Source: Pyrinomonadaceae bacterium
GTDB lineage: Bacteria; Acidobacteriota; Blastocatellia; Pyrinomonadales; Pyrinomonadaceae
Length of the DNA: 64,000 bases
Direction of reading: 5' to 3'
Assembly (NCBI GenBank): GCA_046313635.1
Contig: JBKBYA010000003.1
Span: forward strand, 216,769 to 280,768
Part shown: positions 47,955 to 60,482 of the stretch, piece by piece
Numbering within the stretch: position 1 is the first letter of the stretch
How the letters are laid out: each line of letters starts with the position of its first letter
Position numbers and translations under genes: made by a program
Notes under the pieces: generated by a model
Database searches by the model: none
Seen by the model: only the letters and a program-made list of their open reading frames with translations
What the model was told of the DNA's origin: nothing

Positions 47955-50387
47955 TCAGCCGGTCCTCGGCTTGTGCATCTTTGCGAGCAGCTCGTCAAAG
48001 CGCGGGTCGTCGCGCAGCGGGTTGAGCATCGAGTCGGTCTCGTAACGGGGCTTGTTCTCGTTGCCGAGGCGGACCGCCTTGTTGAGCCATTTGAAGGCGA
48101 GGTCGATCTCGCCGAGCTGCGCGTAGGTCGAGCCGACCCAGTAGGCCATGTCATGGTCGGCCTTAGACACGGCGAGCGAGTCGTCGGTCAACTGCGCGCG
48201 AGCTTCGTCCGGGTGTCCGGCGGCGGCGAGATAAAGCGCGTAGAGCGGCCGTATGCCGTGCATCTCCGGGTGCTCCTCGAGGACCTTTGAAATGATGTCG
48301 ATAGCCTTTTGCTTGTCGCCGCCGTAAAAGTAAGCTCCCGAGCGAAAGATCTTGATCATCGGGTGATTAGGCTCGGCCTTGGCACCCTTGTCGAGCTCGG
48401 CAAACGCCTTTTCGACGTCGCCTGTGTAGATGAATATTCGCGCGCGGTTGTACGCCGCGACGGCGCGTGCGGCCGGGTCGAGCCGGGCGAGCTTTTCAAA
48501 CGCCTTGAGCGACTCGTCGTATTCGCCGTCGAGGCGGTGCATCACGCCTTTTACAAAGTAGAGGGCCGCGTCGTTTGGAAACTGCTTGGCGAGCAGCTCG
48601 ATCTCGGAGCGTGCCTTTTGCTTTTCGCCGCGGGCGAGATAGATCATGACCATCAGCACGCGGGCCTCGACGACGTTAGGGTCGTAAAAAAAGGCTTTGC
48701 TGAAGGCCGCCTCGGCGTACGTGTAATCCTCTGCGTCGCCGAGTCCCTTAAAGACGCGGTTGGCGTAGCACGCGCCGAGACCGCTGTAAGCGAGCGCGAA
48801 GTGCGGGTCGAGCTCGACCGCGCGTTTGAAGTTCTGGATGGCGGCGTCGCAGTCCGATTCTTCAAGCGTCCGAAAAATGAAGCGTGCAAAATTGTCGCGG
48901 CCGCGCAGGTACTCTTCCCATGCCGACGCGTTGTCGGTCGCGCGGCGGCCGAGCTTTTCCTGTTCGTTGTCCGAGAGCTCGAGACGCAATCCCTCGAGGA
49001 TGCGCTGCGCGATACTGTCCTGGACGGCGAGAATGTCCTTTCCTTCGGCATCGATGCGGTCGCTCCAGATGATCTCGCCGGCCGCGACGTCGAGCAGCTG
49101 CGCCGTCACACGCAAACGGTCGCCCGATCGTATGAAGCCCGCCGAGAGGACGGCGCCGGCGCGCAGCTCGCGGCCCGCCTGCTCGGGGTCGACGTCCTTG
49201 CCCTGATATTTTGCGATCACCGAGCTCGGCCTGACGACCAGCGAGCGGACCTGCGCAAGCTCTGTAATGACCGCGTCGGCAAGCGCAAACTCGTAAAAGT
49301 TTGAGTCCGGATCGCCGCCGAGATTCTTGAAAGGCAATATCGCGACGCTCTTCTTGTCCGATCCGGTCGAGGTCAAAAAATCGGGCGCCGCCGACGGCGG
49401 ACTCGAGATCGAAGGCGTCCATGTGCCGGTCGATTGTTCCGACCCGGTCTTGCCGGTGATCCACTTCCACGCACGCTTGACCGGATTGTCGTCGGAGTAA
49501 GACGGTGCGTACGTCTCCTGCGCGGCCGGGATGCCCGAGACGATCTGAAGCACTCGGCGCAGGTCGTCGCGCATCTGCGCGATACGCTGGTAGCGATCTT
49601 TGGGGTTCTTGGCGAGCGACCTGTCTATGATCTGCTGCAGCTCGGCAGGTACCGGATCTTTGCGGAGTTCGGCGATCGGCTTCGGCGTGCCGTAGAGTAC
49701 CTGATGCCGTACGTCGATCACGGTCTTGCCCTGGAACGGCCAGATGCCGGTCAGCATCTCGTACAGCAGGACGCCGGTCGAAAAGATATCCGAACGCTGG
49801 TCGGCCTTTTCGCCCTTCGCCTGCTCCGGCGCGGCGTACGTGGCCGTGCCGTACGGTATGCCGAGCTCGGTTATCTCGTGGCGGTCGAGGCCTTTCTCTT
49901 TGGTGACCACCTCGTCCTCGATCAGCTTTGCCAGGCCAAAGTCGAGTATCTTCGCCTGACCGGTCTCGGTGACCATCACGTTGCCGGCCTTGATATCGCG
50001 GTGAATGATGTTCTTCGAATGCGCGTACGCCAGGGCGTCGGCGACCTGGATCGCGATCGACAGCGCGCTCTTGAGCTCGAGCGGGCGGCCCGAGACCAGC
50101 TGTCTCACGTTGCTGCCGTCGATGTACTGCATCGCGATGTAGTACACGCCGTCGGCGTCGTGAAAGTCGTAGATCGTGCAGATATTCGGATGATCGAGCT
50201 GAGAGCAGAGCTGGGCTTCGCGCTCAAAGCGTTTGAAGTTGGCGGTCTTTGCCGTCAGCTCCGGCGGCAGGACCTTGATGACGACACTCCGATTGAGCTT
50301 TGTATCGAGGGCCTTGTAAACAGTACCTTGACCGCCCGAGCCGATTTTTTCGAGGATCTTGTACTGGTTGATCTGCGAGCCGATCAT
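47955..50387 (-). CDS. Hanks-type Ser/Thr kinase with TolB_N-like and TPR domains
   Basis: IGSGGQGTVYK, HRDIKAGN, DFGLAK, YAAPEQ, SDIFS; SVAILPFKNL; TPRs; ATG 50387. Confidence 0.93.
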   Translation of the reverse strand: MIGSQINQYKILEKIGSGGQGTVYKALDTKLNRSVVIKVLPPELTAKTANFKRFEREAQLCSQLDHPNICTIYDFHDADGVYYIAMQYIDGSNVRQLVSGRPLELKSALSIAIQVADALAYAHSKNIIHRDIKAGNVMVTETGQAKILDFGLAKLIEDEVVTKEKGLDRHEITELGIPYGTATYAAPEQAKGEKADQRSDIFSTGVLLYEMLTGIWPFQGKTVIDVRHQVLYGTPKPIAELRKDPVPAELQQIIDRSLAKNPKDRYQRIAQMRDDLRRVLQIVSGIPAAQETYAPSYSDDNPVKRAWKWITGKTGSEQSTGTWTPSISSPPSAAPDFLTSTGSDKKSVAILPFKNLGGDPDSNFYEFALADAVITELAQVRSLVVRPSSVIAKYQGKDVDPEQAGRELRAGAVLSAGFIRSGDRLRVTAQLLDVAAGEIIWSDRIDAEGKDILAVQDSIAQRILEGLRLELSDNEQEKLGRRATDNASAWEEYLRGRDNFARFIFRTLEESDCDAAIQNFKRAVELDPHFALAYSGLGACYANRVFKGLGDAEDYTYAEAAFSKAFFYDPNVVEARVLMVMIYLARGEKQKARSEIELLAKQFPNDAALYFVKGVMHRLDGEYDESLKAFEKLARLDPAARAVAAYNRARIFIYTGDVEKAFAELDKGAKAEPNHPMIKIFRSGAYFYGGDKQKAIDIISKVLEEHPEMHGIRPLYALYLAAAGHPDEARAQLTDDSLAVSKADHDMAYWVGSTYAQLGEIDLAFKWLNKAVRLGNENKPRYETDSMLNPLRDDPRFDELLAKMHKPRTG

Positions 50388-50539
50388 AAAGGAATGTGCG
50401 ATTGTCGATGCAGCGGATCGGCAACCTCGGCGAGCGACAAACACCAATCCTAAATCTAATGTGGTGCTATGTAAAGCACGATGCCCGCAGAGGCACGTCG
50501 ACCTGCTTCGGCGTCGCGGCTGCCCGCCCTCACACAATC

Positions 50540-50562
50540 AAAAAGCCGCCAAACTGGCGGCT
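50540..50562 (-). terminator. Rho-independent terminator of the glutaredoxin-like gene
   Basis: Minus strand AGCCGCCA-GTT-TGGCGGCT-TTTT, starting at the second in-frame TGA. Confidence 0.8.
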
Positions 50563-50801
50563 CAGTCGACCACGATCGTTCAGCCGCGAGGCGGGTCACC
50601 CCAACCGGATTGGACGTATTCGCCGTCCTTAACGATGCACGGGACGACGATGCTGCCGCCCGAGATCTCGAGCATCTCGCGCTGGCGCGCGGGGTCGTTC
50701 TGGGCATCGTATTCGGTGAACTCGATCCCTTCGGCGTTAAAGTGATCTCTCGCCCGCTGGCAGTACGGGCAGTCGGGCTTTACATACATCACTATCGACA
50801 T
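50562..50801 (-). CDS. Glutaredoxin-like protein, probable C-terminal selenocysteine (ends at 50580 if UGA is a stop)
   Basis: CPYC, VPCI, then GWGDPPRG-TGA-TIVVD-TGA. Confidence 0.8.
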
Positions 50802-50852
50802 CGCTCGTGTATACTCCTTTTTAGATCATTGTAACGCACCGCATCCGCCGCA

Positions 50853-51143
50853 ATGCAAAACACCGATATCTTTGGCCCGTACGATCGCCTCATCGAGATC
50901 GACATCGAGGGCCGCACGTACCGCGTCCCAGAGAACAATTCGATACTGCGCTGCCTGCAGTTCATCGATATCGACTCGATCTCCTTTGCTGACCTCTGCT
51001 GGAATGGCGACTGTCTCGAGTGCCGCGTCTGGCTCGACGACAACGGGAAGGAAAGATCTGTCATCTCGTGCCGGACGAACGCCCGCGACGGCATGAAGAT
51101 CGTAAGGCTCGGCGAGGGCATTCCTTTTGAACCCAAACGGTGA
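50853..51143 (+). CDS. 2Fe-2S cluster-binding protein
   Basis: IEGRTYRVPENNSILR, CWNGDCLEC...SC. Confidence 0.75.
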   Translation: MQNTDIFGPYDRLIEIDIEGRTYRVPENNSILRCLQFIDIDSISFADLCWNGDCLECRVWLDDNGKERSVISCRTNARDGMKIVRLGEGIPFEPKR

Positions 51144-51162
51144 AGCGACAGATCGGCGCGGG

Positions 51163-51483
51163 TCAGTACTTGGGTACCTTTGGGTCCACCTCGTTCGACC
51201 ATGCCGTGATCCCGCCGCGCAGATTGCTTAAACGGCCGCTGAACCCCGCCGCTCGCAGCGCTTCGATGGCCTTGGCGCTGCGGCCGCCCATTTTGCAGTG
51301 AATGACGGTATCGCGGGTCGGGTCGATCTCGTCCATTCGACGGACGATCTCGCCGAGAGGGATCAGCTTCGCGCCCGGAATGCGGGCAAAGTTGTATTCG
51401 TCGGGCTGGCGCACGTCGATCAGCTGCAGGTCCGCGCCCGAGTCGATAAGCTCCTTGAGCTCAGTTGCCGAGATCTCTTCCAT
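51163..51483 (-). CDS. Rhodanese-domain protein
   Basis: LIDVRQPDEY, HCKMGGRS, NLRGGITAW. Confidence 0.9.
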   Translation of the reverse strand: MEEISATELKELIDSGADLQLIDVRQPDEYNFARIPGAKLIPLGEIVRRMDEIDPTRDTVIHCKMGGRSAKAIEALRAAGFSGRLSNLRGGITAWSNEVDPKVPKY

Positions 51484-51695
51484 AGGTCGTGCAAGACTAG
51501 AGTTTTATTGATTTATCTTAAAATTTTGGGGCCGCGTTCCGCAAACGGCCGCTGGGTGTATTCGCGTACCGACTTTGTTGGCGCTCGGCGGGTCGGCCGT
51601 CAATTCGGCGGCCGTTTGTTTACAAATCTTTACAGGCCGACCATCGACCGGCCTGCATCAGTGCTATAGAATCGGTAAATTACAGAATCGCTTTT

Positions 51696-53015
51696 ATGTC
51701 CCTGCAAATCAGCGGCTTATCGAGGGCTACCAGAGTACTTGCACTGCTCGCTGCGGTGGCGGCCGGCGGCGCGTGCGGCTCAAATTCGGCGGCGGAGCGA
51801 TCGGCAAACTCCGGCAAGCCGGCGGCCGGGAATGAGAATGCGCCGATCGCGATCACGGTCGGCCGCAGCGAGGGCCGGGCCGTCGCGTCGGTGATCTCGG
51901 CGACCGGCAGCCTCATCGCGAACGAAACATCTGACGTCGCGCCAAAGGTCGCGGGCAAGGTCGCCAACGTCTACGCCAACATCGGCGACTTTGTCGGTCA
52001 GGGAGCCGTGCTTGCCAAGCTCGACGACAGCGACGCTCGACGCCGGCTCGCGTCGGCGCGGGCCGAGGTGCGGCAGGCCGAGGCGGCGGTGCGGCAGGCC
52101 GAGGCGCGCATCGGTCTCGGGCCGAACGGCAAATTCAACGCTTCGTCCGTGCCCGAGGTGCGGGCCGCGGCCGCGGCGTACGAGCAGGCTCAGGCTGAGC
52201 TGCGGCAGGCCGAGACAAACGAAAAGCGTTATCGCGAATTGGTCGAGAGCGGCGACGTCGCGATGATCACGTACGAGCAGTACCGCACGGCCCGCGACAC
52301 GGCGCGTGCAAGGGCCAACGCCGCGCGGCAGCAGCTCGACGCGGCCGCGAACGCGGCACGACAGAACAATCAAGCGATCGCGAGCGCTCAGGCGGCGGTC
52401 GAGGCGGCCCGCTCGCAGGTCGGCATCGCCGAGCAGGCTGTCGCCGACACGGTTATCCGCGCGCCCTTCGCGGGATATGTCAGCGCACGTCCGGCGGCCG
52501 TCGGCGAATTTGTCACCACGGCCAATCCCATCGTGACGCTCGTCAAGACAAACCCCATCAAGGTGAATATCCAGGTCGCCGAGGCTGACGTGCCTTATGT
52601 CGCGGTCGGCCGCGGCGTATCGATCAGCGTCGACGCCTACAAGGACCGCAGGTTCGCCGGTGTCGTCGCCGCGATCAACCCGGCGGTCGACCCGGCGTCA
52701 CGCTCGGCGGTCGTCGAGGCGCAGATCCAGAATGACGGCAACATGCTCAAGCCGGGAATGTTCGCCACGGTCCAGATCACGCGTCAGGGCGGGGCCGCTG
52801 GCGTCTTTGTGCCAAAGTCAGCCGTCTATAACGACCCGACGACGCAGTCATACCGCGTCTTTGTGATCGAGGACGGCGTCGCCAAATTGAAGGTCGTACA
52901 GCCAGGTACCGAAGAGGGCGACAGCATGCAGATACTCTCCGGCCTCGACGCCGACAAGACCGTGGCCACCAGCGCCCTCGACCAGCTCTACGAAGGCGCG
53001 AAGGTGGCGTACTAG
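51696..53015 (+). CDS. RND efflux membrane fusion protein (lipoprotein)
   Basis: VAPKVAGKV, GDFVGQGAVLA, IRAPFAGYV, INPAVDPASRS, LKPGMFA. Confidence 0.92.
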   Translation: MSLQISGLSRATRVLALLAAVAAGGACGSNSAAERSANSGKPAAGNENAPIAITVGRSEGRAVASVISATGSLIANETSDVAPKVAGKVANVYANIGDFVGQGAVLAKLDDSDARRRLASARAEVRQAEAAVRQAEARIGLGPNGKFNASSVPEVRAAAAAYEQAQAELRQAETNEKRYRELVESGDVAMITYEQYRTARDTARARANAARQQLDAAANAARQNNQAIASAQAAVEAARSQVGIAEQAVADTVIRAPFAGYVSARPAAVGEFVTTANPIVTLVKTNPIKVNIQVAEADVPYVAVGRGVSISVDAYKDRRFAGVVAAINPAVDPASRSAVVEAQIQNDGNMLKPGMFATVQITRQGGAAGVFVPKSAVYNDPTTQSYRVFVIEDGVAKLKVVQPGTEEGDSMQILSGLDADKTVATSALDQLYEGAKVAY

Positions 53016-53020
53016 GAGGG

Positions 53021-53158
53021 AGAGTTCAGAGTTCAGAGTTCAGGGTTCAGGGTTCAGAGTTGAGAGTTCGGGGTTCATAGTTCAGGGTTCAGGGTTCAGA
53101 GTTGAGAGTTCGGGGTTCATAGTTCAGGGTTCAGAGTTGAGAGTCGGGGTTAGAGATC
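53021..53158 (+). repeat. Heptamer tandem array (consensus AGAGTTC/AGGGTTC)
   Basis: 17 in-phase units at 53021-53139 plus 3 degenerate; exact 42-bp higher-order duplication (53042-53083 = 53084-53125). Confidence 0.95.
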
Positions 53159-53181
53159 GAGGGCTAGGAGATCGTTGGCAT

Positions 53182-53571
53182 ATGGCAAGGATCGAAAGGT
53201 TTGAAGATATTGAATCTTGGAAACTCGCGCGGGAGATCGCTGGAGAGATCTATGCGATCAGTTCCAATGGTGAATTTGCGCGGGACTTCGCGTTGAGAGA
53301 TCAGATAAGGCGTGCAGCGATCGCGATTCTTTCCAACATCGCTGAAGGTTTTGAGCGGGAAGGGAACAAGGAGTTCATCAACTTCCTATTCGTGGCCAAA
53401 GCGTCTTGTGCCGAGGCCAGATCGCAGCTTTACATCGCACTTGATCAGAACTATATCGATCGCGAACAGTTCGAACGAATTTACGGCAAGCTTGACGAGA
53501 CCGGCCGGGTCATCGGCGGACTGGTCCGGTATTTAAGCAACTCGGATTTTAAAGGGAGCAAGTTCAGGTAA
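53182..53571 (+). CDS. Four helix bundle protein (23S-IVS-protein/bAvd-like family)
   Basis: RFEDIESWKLA, LRDQIRRAAIAILSNIAEGFER, FLFVAKASCAEARSQL; AGGAG RBS; less GC-rich than neighbours. Confidence 0.92.
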   Translation: MARIERFEDIESWKLAREIAGEIYAISSNGEFARDFALRDQIRRAAIAILSNIAEGFEREGNKEFINFLFVAKASCAEARSQLYIALDQNYIDREQFERIYGKLDETGRVIGGLVRYLSNSDFKGSKFR

Positions 53572-53583
53572 TTCTCTAACCGC

Positions 53584-53609
53584 GAACTCTGAACTCTGAA
53601 CTCTGAACT
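53584..53609 (-). repeat. Inverted heptamer array (GAACTCT)x3 plus partial unit
   Basis: Reverse complement of the AGAGTTC array upstream of the four helix bundle gene. Confidence 0.9.
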
Positions 53610-53618
53610 AAATTTCCT

Positions 53619-56933
<3,315 letters not shown>

Positions 56934-56984
56934 AACCCACGCCGCGAGCGACCGTGTCGTTCGCGTGCGGCCGATGTTGTTTGA

Positions 56985-58943
56985 ATGTATAGCCGTACAA
57001 AATCGAATCCCGATCTAACCGCCAAAGACGCGGAGACGTCGAACCTCATCGGCGGCTCCGCCACGATGTACTCTCTCATCGGCCGCTCCGCCGCGATGTA
57101 CTCTCTCATCAGCGGCTCTGCCGCAGTGCTGTGCGGAAAGGCTCTGCCTTTCCGGCGCTCGCTCTCTAAAAACTTCTTGCGGCTGCGCCGCCGTGCCGAG
57201 ATCGGCGGCGCGGCCGCTCACGAAGTAAGGTCGCCACTCGGACTTTTATTGCTCATCACTTTTTTGATCGGCGCGACGATAACTCTCGGTCAAACCCCGG
57301 CCCCGACGCCTTCGCCCGTGCCCGATTACGTGCCGGCGGAATTGCCCGCCGATCCGCCGCCGGTCGCGCCCGATCTTGCGGCGCCGATCAGGCCTCTGCC
57401 CGACGCCTCTCGCGTCGGCGTCGATCAGGCCGCGCAGCTCTCGCTCACGATCGAACAAGCGATCGAGCTAGCGCTGCGGAACAACAACAACATCGACGTC
57501 TCGCGCAACAACCGCCGCATCGGCGAATTTAACCTCCGCGCGCTGCGCGGCGCCTACGATCCGCTGATCGCGTCGCAGAGCTATTACGAGAGCGCGACGG
57601 TCCCGACGGCGTCGGCGATCGGCGGCGCGGTGAATGGAGCGGTGACGCAGACGCGCATGTTCGGCAACGCGGGCGTGAGCGGCCTCTCGCCGTGGGGCGG
57701 CGGCCAGTACTCGGCGCTCTTTGACTCGTCGCGGACGACGACGAGCAACACCAACGCGTTTCTCAACCCGCAGTTCCCGTCGTCTCTGAGCTTTACCTAC
57801 ACGCAGCCTTTGCTGCGGAATTTCGCTATCGACAACAGCCGCCGGCAGATCGAGATCGCGCGGCGCGGCGTGACGCTGACCGACTCGCAGTTTCGCGCGC
57901 AGGCGATCGACGTCGTCTATCAGGTCGAGCAGGCGTACTGGAATCTGACCTACGCGCTTCGCAGCCTGCAGGTGCAGCTCGACGCCGTGCGGCAGGCCCG
58001 TTCGCAGCTCGAGAGCAACCAGCGGCTCGTCTCGCGCGGCGTGCTGCCGCCGATCGACCTCGTCGCCGCGAACGCGCAGATAACCACATTCGAGCAAAAC
58101 GTCTTTACCGCGCAAGAGGCCGTCACCCGCGCCGAGAATGCGCTCAAGACGATCATCCTGGCCGACCGCACGGCGGCCGAATGGTCGCGCCCGATCACGC
58201 CGGTCTCGCCCGTCGCGCTCGACCCGCCGCGCATCGGGCTCGAGGTCGCGACCGCCGAAGCGCTCAAGAATCGCCCCGAGCTCGAGCAGCTCGATATCAC
58301 GGCCGAGGTCAACCGCATCGACCAGCGCTACTTCAAGGACCAGACAAAGCCGCAGGTCGATCTCTTTGGCAGCTACACGTCGCAGGGCCTCGCCGGCACG
58401 ACGACCGCGCGTTCGATCGATCCGGTTACGGGCCAGACGCGCGTTCCCCAAAATCTCATCGGCGGCTACGGCACGTCGGTCGGCAATCTGCTGCAGCAGG
58501 ATTACCCGACCTACCGCTTTGGCGTGACGATCTCTCTGCCGTGGGGCAACACGACCGCCAAGGCAAATCTCGGCCGCACGCTCGTCGAGGCCGAGCGCAT
58601 CCGCAACCAGCGCGCACAGGCCGAGCAGATCATCGAGGCGGACGTCCGCAACGCCATTCAGGCGCTGCGCTCGGCCGAGGCCCGGCTCAAGTCGGCGGCG
58701 GATGCGCGTGCCGCGGCCGAGCAGCTCTTTGAGAGCGAGCAGCGGCAGTTCCGTGCCGGCACGACCACGCTTTACCTCGTCCAGCAGCGGCAGATCGAGC
58801 TCATCCGCGCCCGCGGCACGGAGCTACAGGCGCAGACCGACCTCAATCGAGCGATCTCGGAGTTTCGCCGCGCCACCGGCACGACCCTCGCCGAAAACAA
58901 CATCACCGTTTCGCCCGGTGCCGAAATTCAAAAGGTGAAGTAG
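56985..58943 (+). CDS. TolC-family outer membrane efflux protein (start uncertain)
   Basis: LTIEQAIELALRNN, YTQPLLRNF, VEQAYWNL, KPQVDL, ISLPW, EQRQFRAG; repeat-derived N-terminal extension before the hydrophobic signal region. Confidence 0.88.
   Translation: MYSRTKSNPDLTAKDAETSNLIGGSATMYSLIGRSAAMYSLISGSAAVLCGKALPFRRSLSKNFLRLRRRAEIGGAAAHEVRSPLGLLLLITFLIGATITLGQTPAPTPSPVPDYVPAELPADPPPVAPDLAAPIRPLPDASRVGVDQAAQLSLTIEQAIELALRNNNNIDVSRNNRRIGEFNLRALRGAYDPLIASQSYYESATVPTASAIGGAVNGAVTQTRMFGNAGVSGLSPWGGGQYSALFDSSRTTTSNTNAFLNPQFPSSLSFTYTQPLLRNFAIDNSRRQIEIARRGVTLTDSQFRAQAIDVVYQVEQAYWNLTYALRSLQVQLDAVRQARSQLESNQRLVSRGVLPPIDLVAANAQITTFEQNVFTAQEAVTRAENALKTIILADRTAAEWSRPITPVSPVALDPPRIGLEVATAEALKNRPELEQLDITAEVNRIDQRYFKDQTKPQVDLFGSYTSQGLAGTTTARSIDPVTGQTRVPQNLIGGYGTSVGNLLQQDYPTYRFGVTISLPWGNTTAKANLGRTLVEAERIRNQRAQAEQIIEADVRNAIQALRSAEARLKSAADARAAAEQLFESEQRQFRAGTTTLYLVQQRQIELIRARGTELQAQTDLNRAISEFRRATGTTLAENNITVSPGAEIQKVK
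57045..57124 (+). repeat. 30-bp tandem repeat, ~2.7 copies
   Basis: CTCATCGGCGGCTCCGCCACGATGTACTCT / CTCATCGGCCGCTCCGCCGCGATGTACTCT / CTCATCAGCGGCTCTGCCGC. Confidence 0.85.
57114..57198 (+). repeat. Dispersed palindromic repeat, copy 2
   Basis: GGAAAGGC-TCT-GCCTTTCC hairpin core; aligns by eye with the reverse complement of 15982-16063. Confidence 0.6.
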
Positions 58944-58968
58944 ACTCTCGGGCCGGCGCGTCGGGCGT

Positions 58969-59409
58969 TCAATTCGCCTGCCGCCCGGCCGAACATGCGG
59001 ACGAATCGTCAAAGAAGTAAGGCTCGGGAGTGATACCGTCGTCCGTGTCAAAGCTGTCGAGGGCCTCCTGCTCATTCCAGAAGATCCGAAACGCGACCAG
59101 CATTCCCGCAGCCAGCAGGGTCGTCGCGACGCCATCCGACAGGTGTACGATCCGCAATCTGCCGCCCGCCTTGATCGTCGTCACGAGCACCGCCGCCAGC
59201 TCGCCCACGCCGCGGGCGTCGAGGTGAGGCACGTTCTCCAGATTGAGCACGATCTTTTTGTAGTTTTGCCGCGCCAGGTTGCGCGAGAGATGGTGCAGGA
59301 AAGGCAGCCCGTCGCCGATCCTGACCCTGCCGCCCAGGTCCAGGATTATTACGTCGCCGATAATGCGGCGGTGGCACGTGAAGCTGAAATGACTGATCCG
59401 GCCCTCCAT
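58969..59409 (-). CDS. STAS-domain protein lacking the canonical phospho-Ser
   Basis: ILDLGGRVRIG, KKIVLNLENVPHLDARGVGEL; paralog of 6207..6554; start uncertain. Confidence 0.78.
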   Translation of the reverse strand: MEGRISHFSFTCHRRIIGDVIILDLGGRVRIGDGLPFLHHLSRNLARQNYKKIVLNLENVPHLDARGVGELAAVLVTTIKAGGRLRIVHLSDGVATTLLAAGMLVAFRIFWNEQEALDSFDTDDGITPEPYFFDDSSACSAGRQAN

Positions 59410-59709
59410 TAACAACAACAGGGCTGGCTCAAAAAGTTGAGATGCGGCGGATTCCGAGAGATCTAACAAAGGGGGCCAGCAAAGCGCCTATCCAGCCTGA
59501 GTGTGTGCTTATCCGAGGTGTAAGTCAACGCCGATCCGGCATATGCCCCGCCGTCTGGCATCGAGGGCCGCAAACGCGATCGTACGGCCCCGACGCACGC
59601 ATTCAAACCCGCTCGGTGCCGGGCGGTCGAAATAAATAACGGCGGGCGGGCCGCGGGGTGCATCATACGAGAGTTACAGTAATGGCAGGCTGCGCGGGCG
59701 GAGGTAAAT

Positions 59710-59967
59710 ATGGTTTATGTGAATATCCCTTACGTCGCCGAAAATGACAGGCTCGACCGTTCGTCGGTCGGGAAGGAGCTGGCGGCACTCAATATCGGCG
59801 AGGCAGCCAAGCACGAGGCGTTTTCGGCTATCTACAACAAGCGTCCGCGAGGCGTGAACTTTGCCAGCCTCGTCGAAGCGGCGCTGCTCGAGCGGGCGCT
59901 GTACCGGCTGGGCGTGCCCTTCCGGTCCACGATCGAGTCGGAGTACAAGTACGAGCTGCTGCCGTGA
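59710..59967 (+). CDS. Hypothetical protein (85 aa)
   Basis: GGAGGT RBS just upstream of ATG; protein-like composition. Confidence 0.6.
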   Translation: MVYVNIPYVAENDRLDRSSVGKELAALNIGEAAKHEAFSAIYNKRPRGVNFASLVEAALLERALYRLGVPFRSTIESEYKYELLP

Positions 59968-60003
59968 CCTCTCGGCGGGGCCGTCTGGGCAGATGGAGCG
60001 TCG

Positions 60004-60282
60004 ATGAACGATAAAGATATTTCTTACGACGATGAGTCGGTCGTCTCGCGCGACGAGCTGATGCGCCGGATCAACGAGCGGCTCTCGAGCGACAGCCGCG
60101 AGCTGCGCGACGCGCGAATGACGGGTTCGCCGTCGTTCGGCAACTACTACGCGACGGGCGACGCGGCCGAGCCGTCCGGCGATGTCGATATCGAATCGAT
60201 CGGCCGCGAGCTCGGCGTGCTCCGCGACGACGAAAGTTACGTCGGGCACAAGGACGACCGATCGAGCTCGTCCGCAAGCTGA
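60004..60282 (+). CDS. Acidic hypothetical protein (92 aa)
   Basis: GGAG RBS, host-like codon usage, co-oriented with the upstream ORF. Confidence 0.55.
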   Translation: MNDKDISYDDESVVSRDELMRRINERLSSDSRELRDARMTGSPSFGNYYATGDAAEPSGDVDIESIGRELGVLRDDESYVGHKDDRSSSSAS

Positions 60283-60482
60283 CAGCGCCGACGGCCGGCG
60301 CTTTGCCGCGCGGCCCCGCGTTCGGCCCGCGTCGAGACTTACCCTCAAATCCAGCTCGCCGATCGCCGGCCTTACTCCGCCCCCCGACTATTACCGGACT
60401 ATTACAATCGCTTTGCCGCCCGGCCTGCTAGTCTTGAGAAGCAGTATTAGAAACAGTATCTCGACCGACAGGTTTTTTATTG

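Noticed and set aside
53182..53571. Diversity-generating retroelement (Avd-like gene) or 23S rRNA intervening sequence
   Set aside because: I found no reverse transcriptase, no TR/VR pair differing at adenines and no rRNA sequence in the window.
57045..57124. 30-bp repeats as a CRISPR array
   Set aside because: Head-to-tail tandem with no unique spacers, under three copies, and no cas genes in the window.
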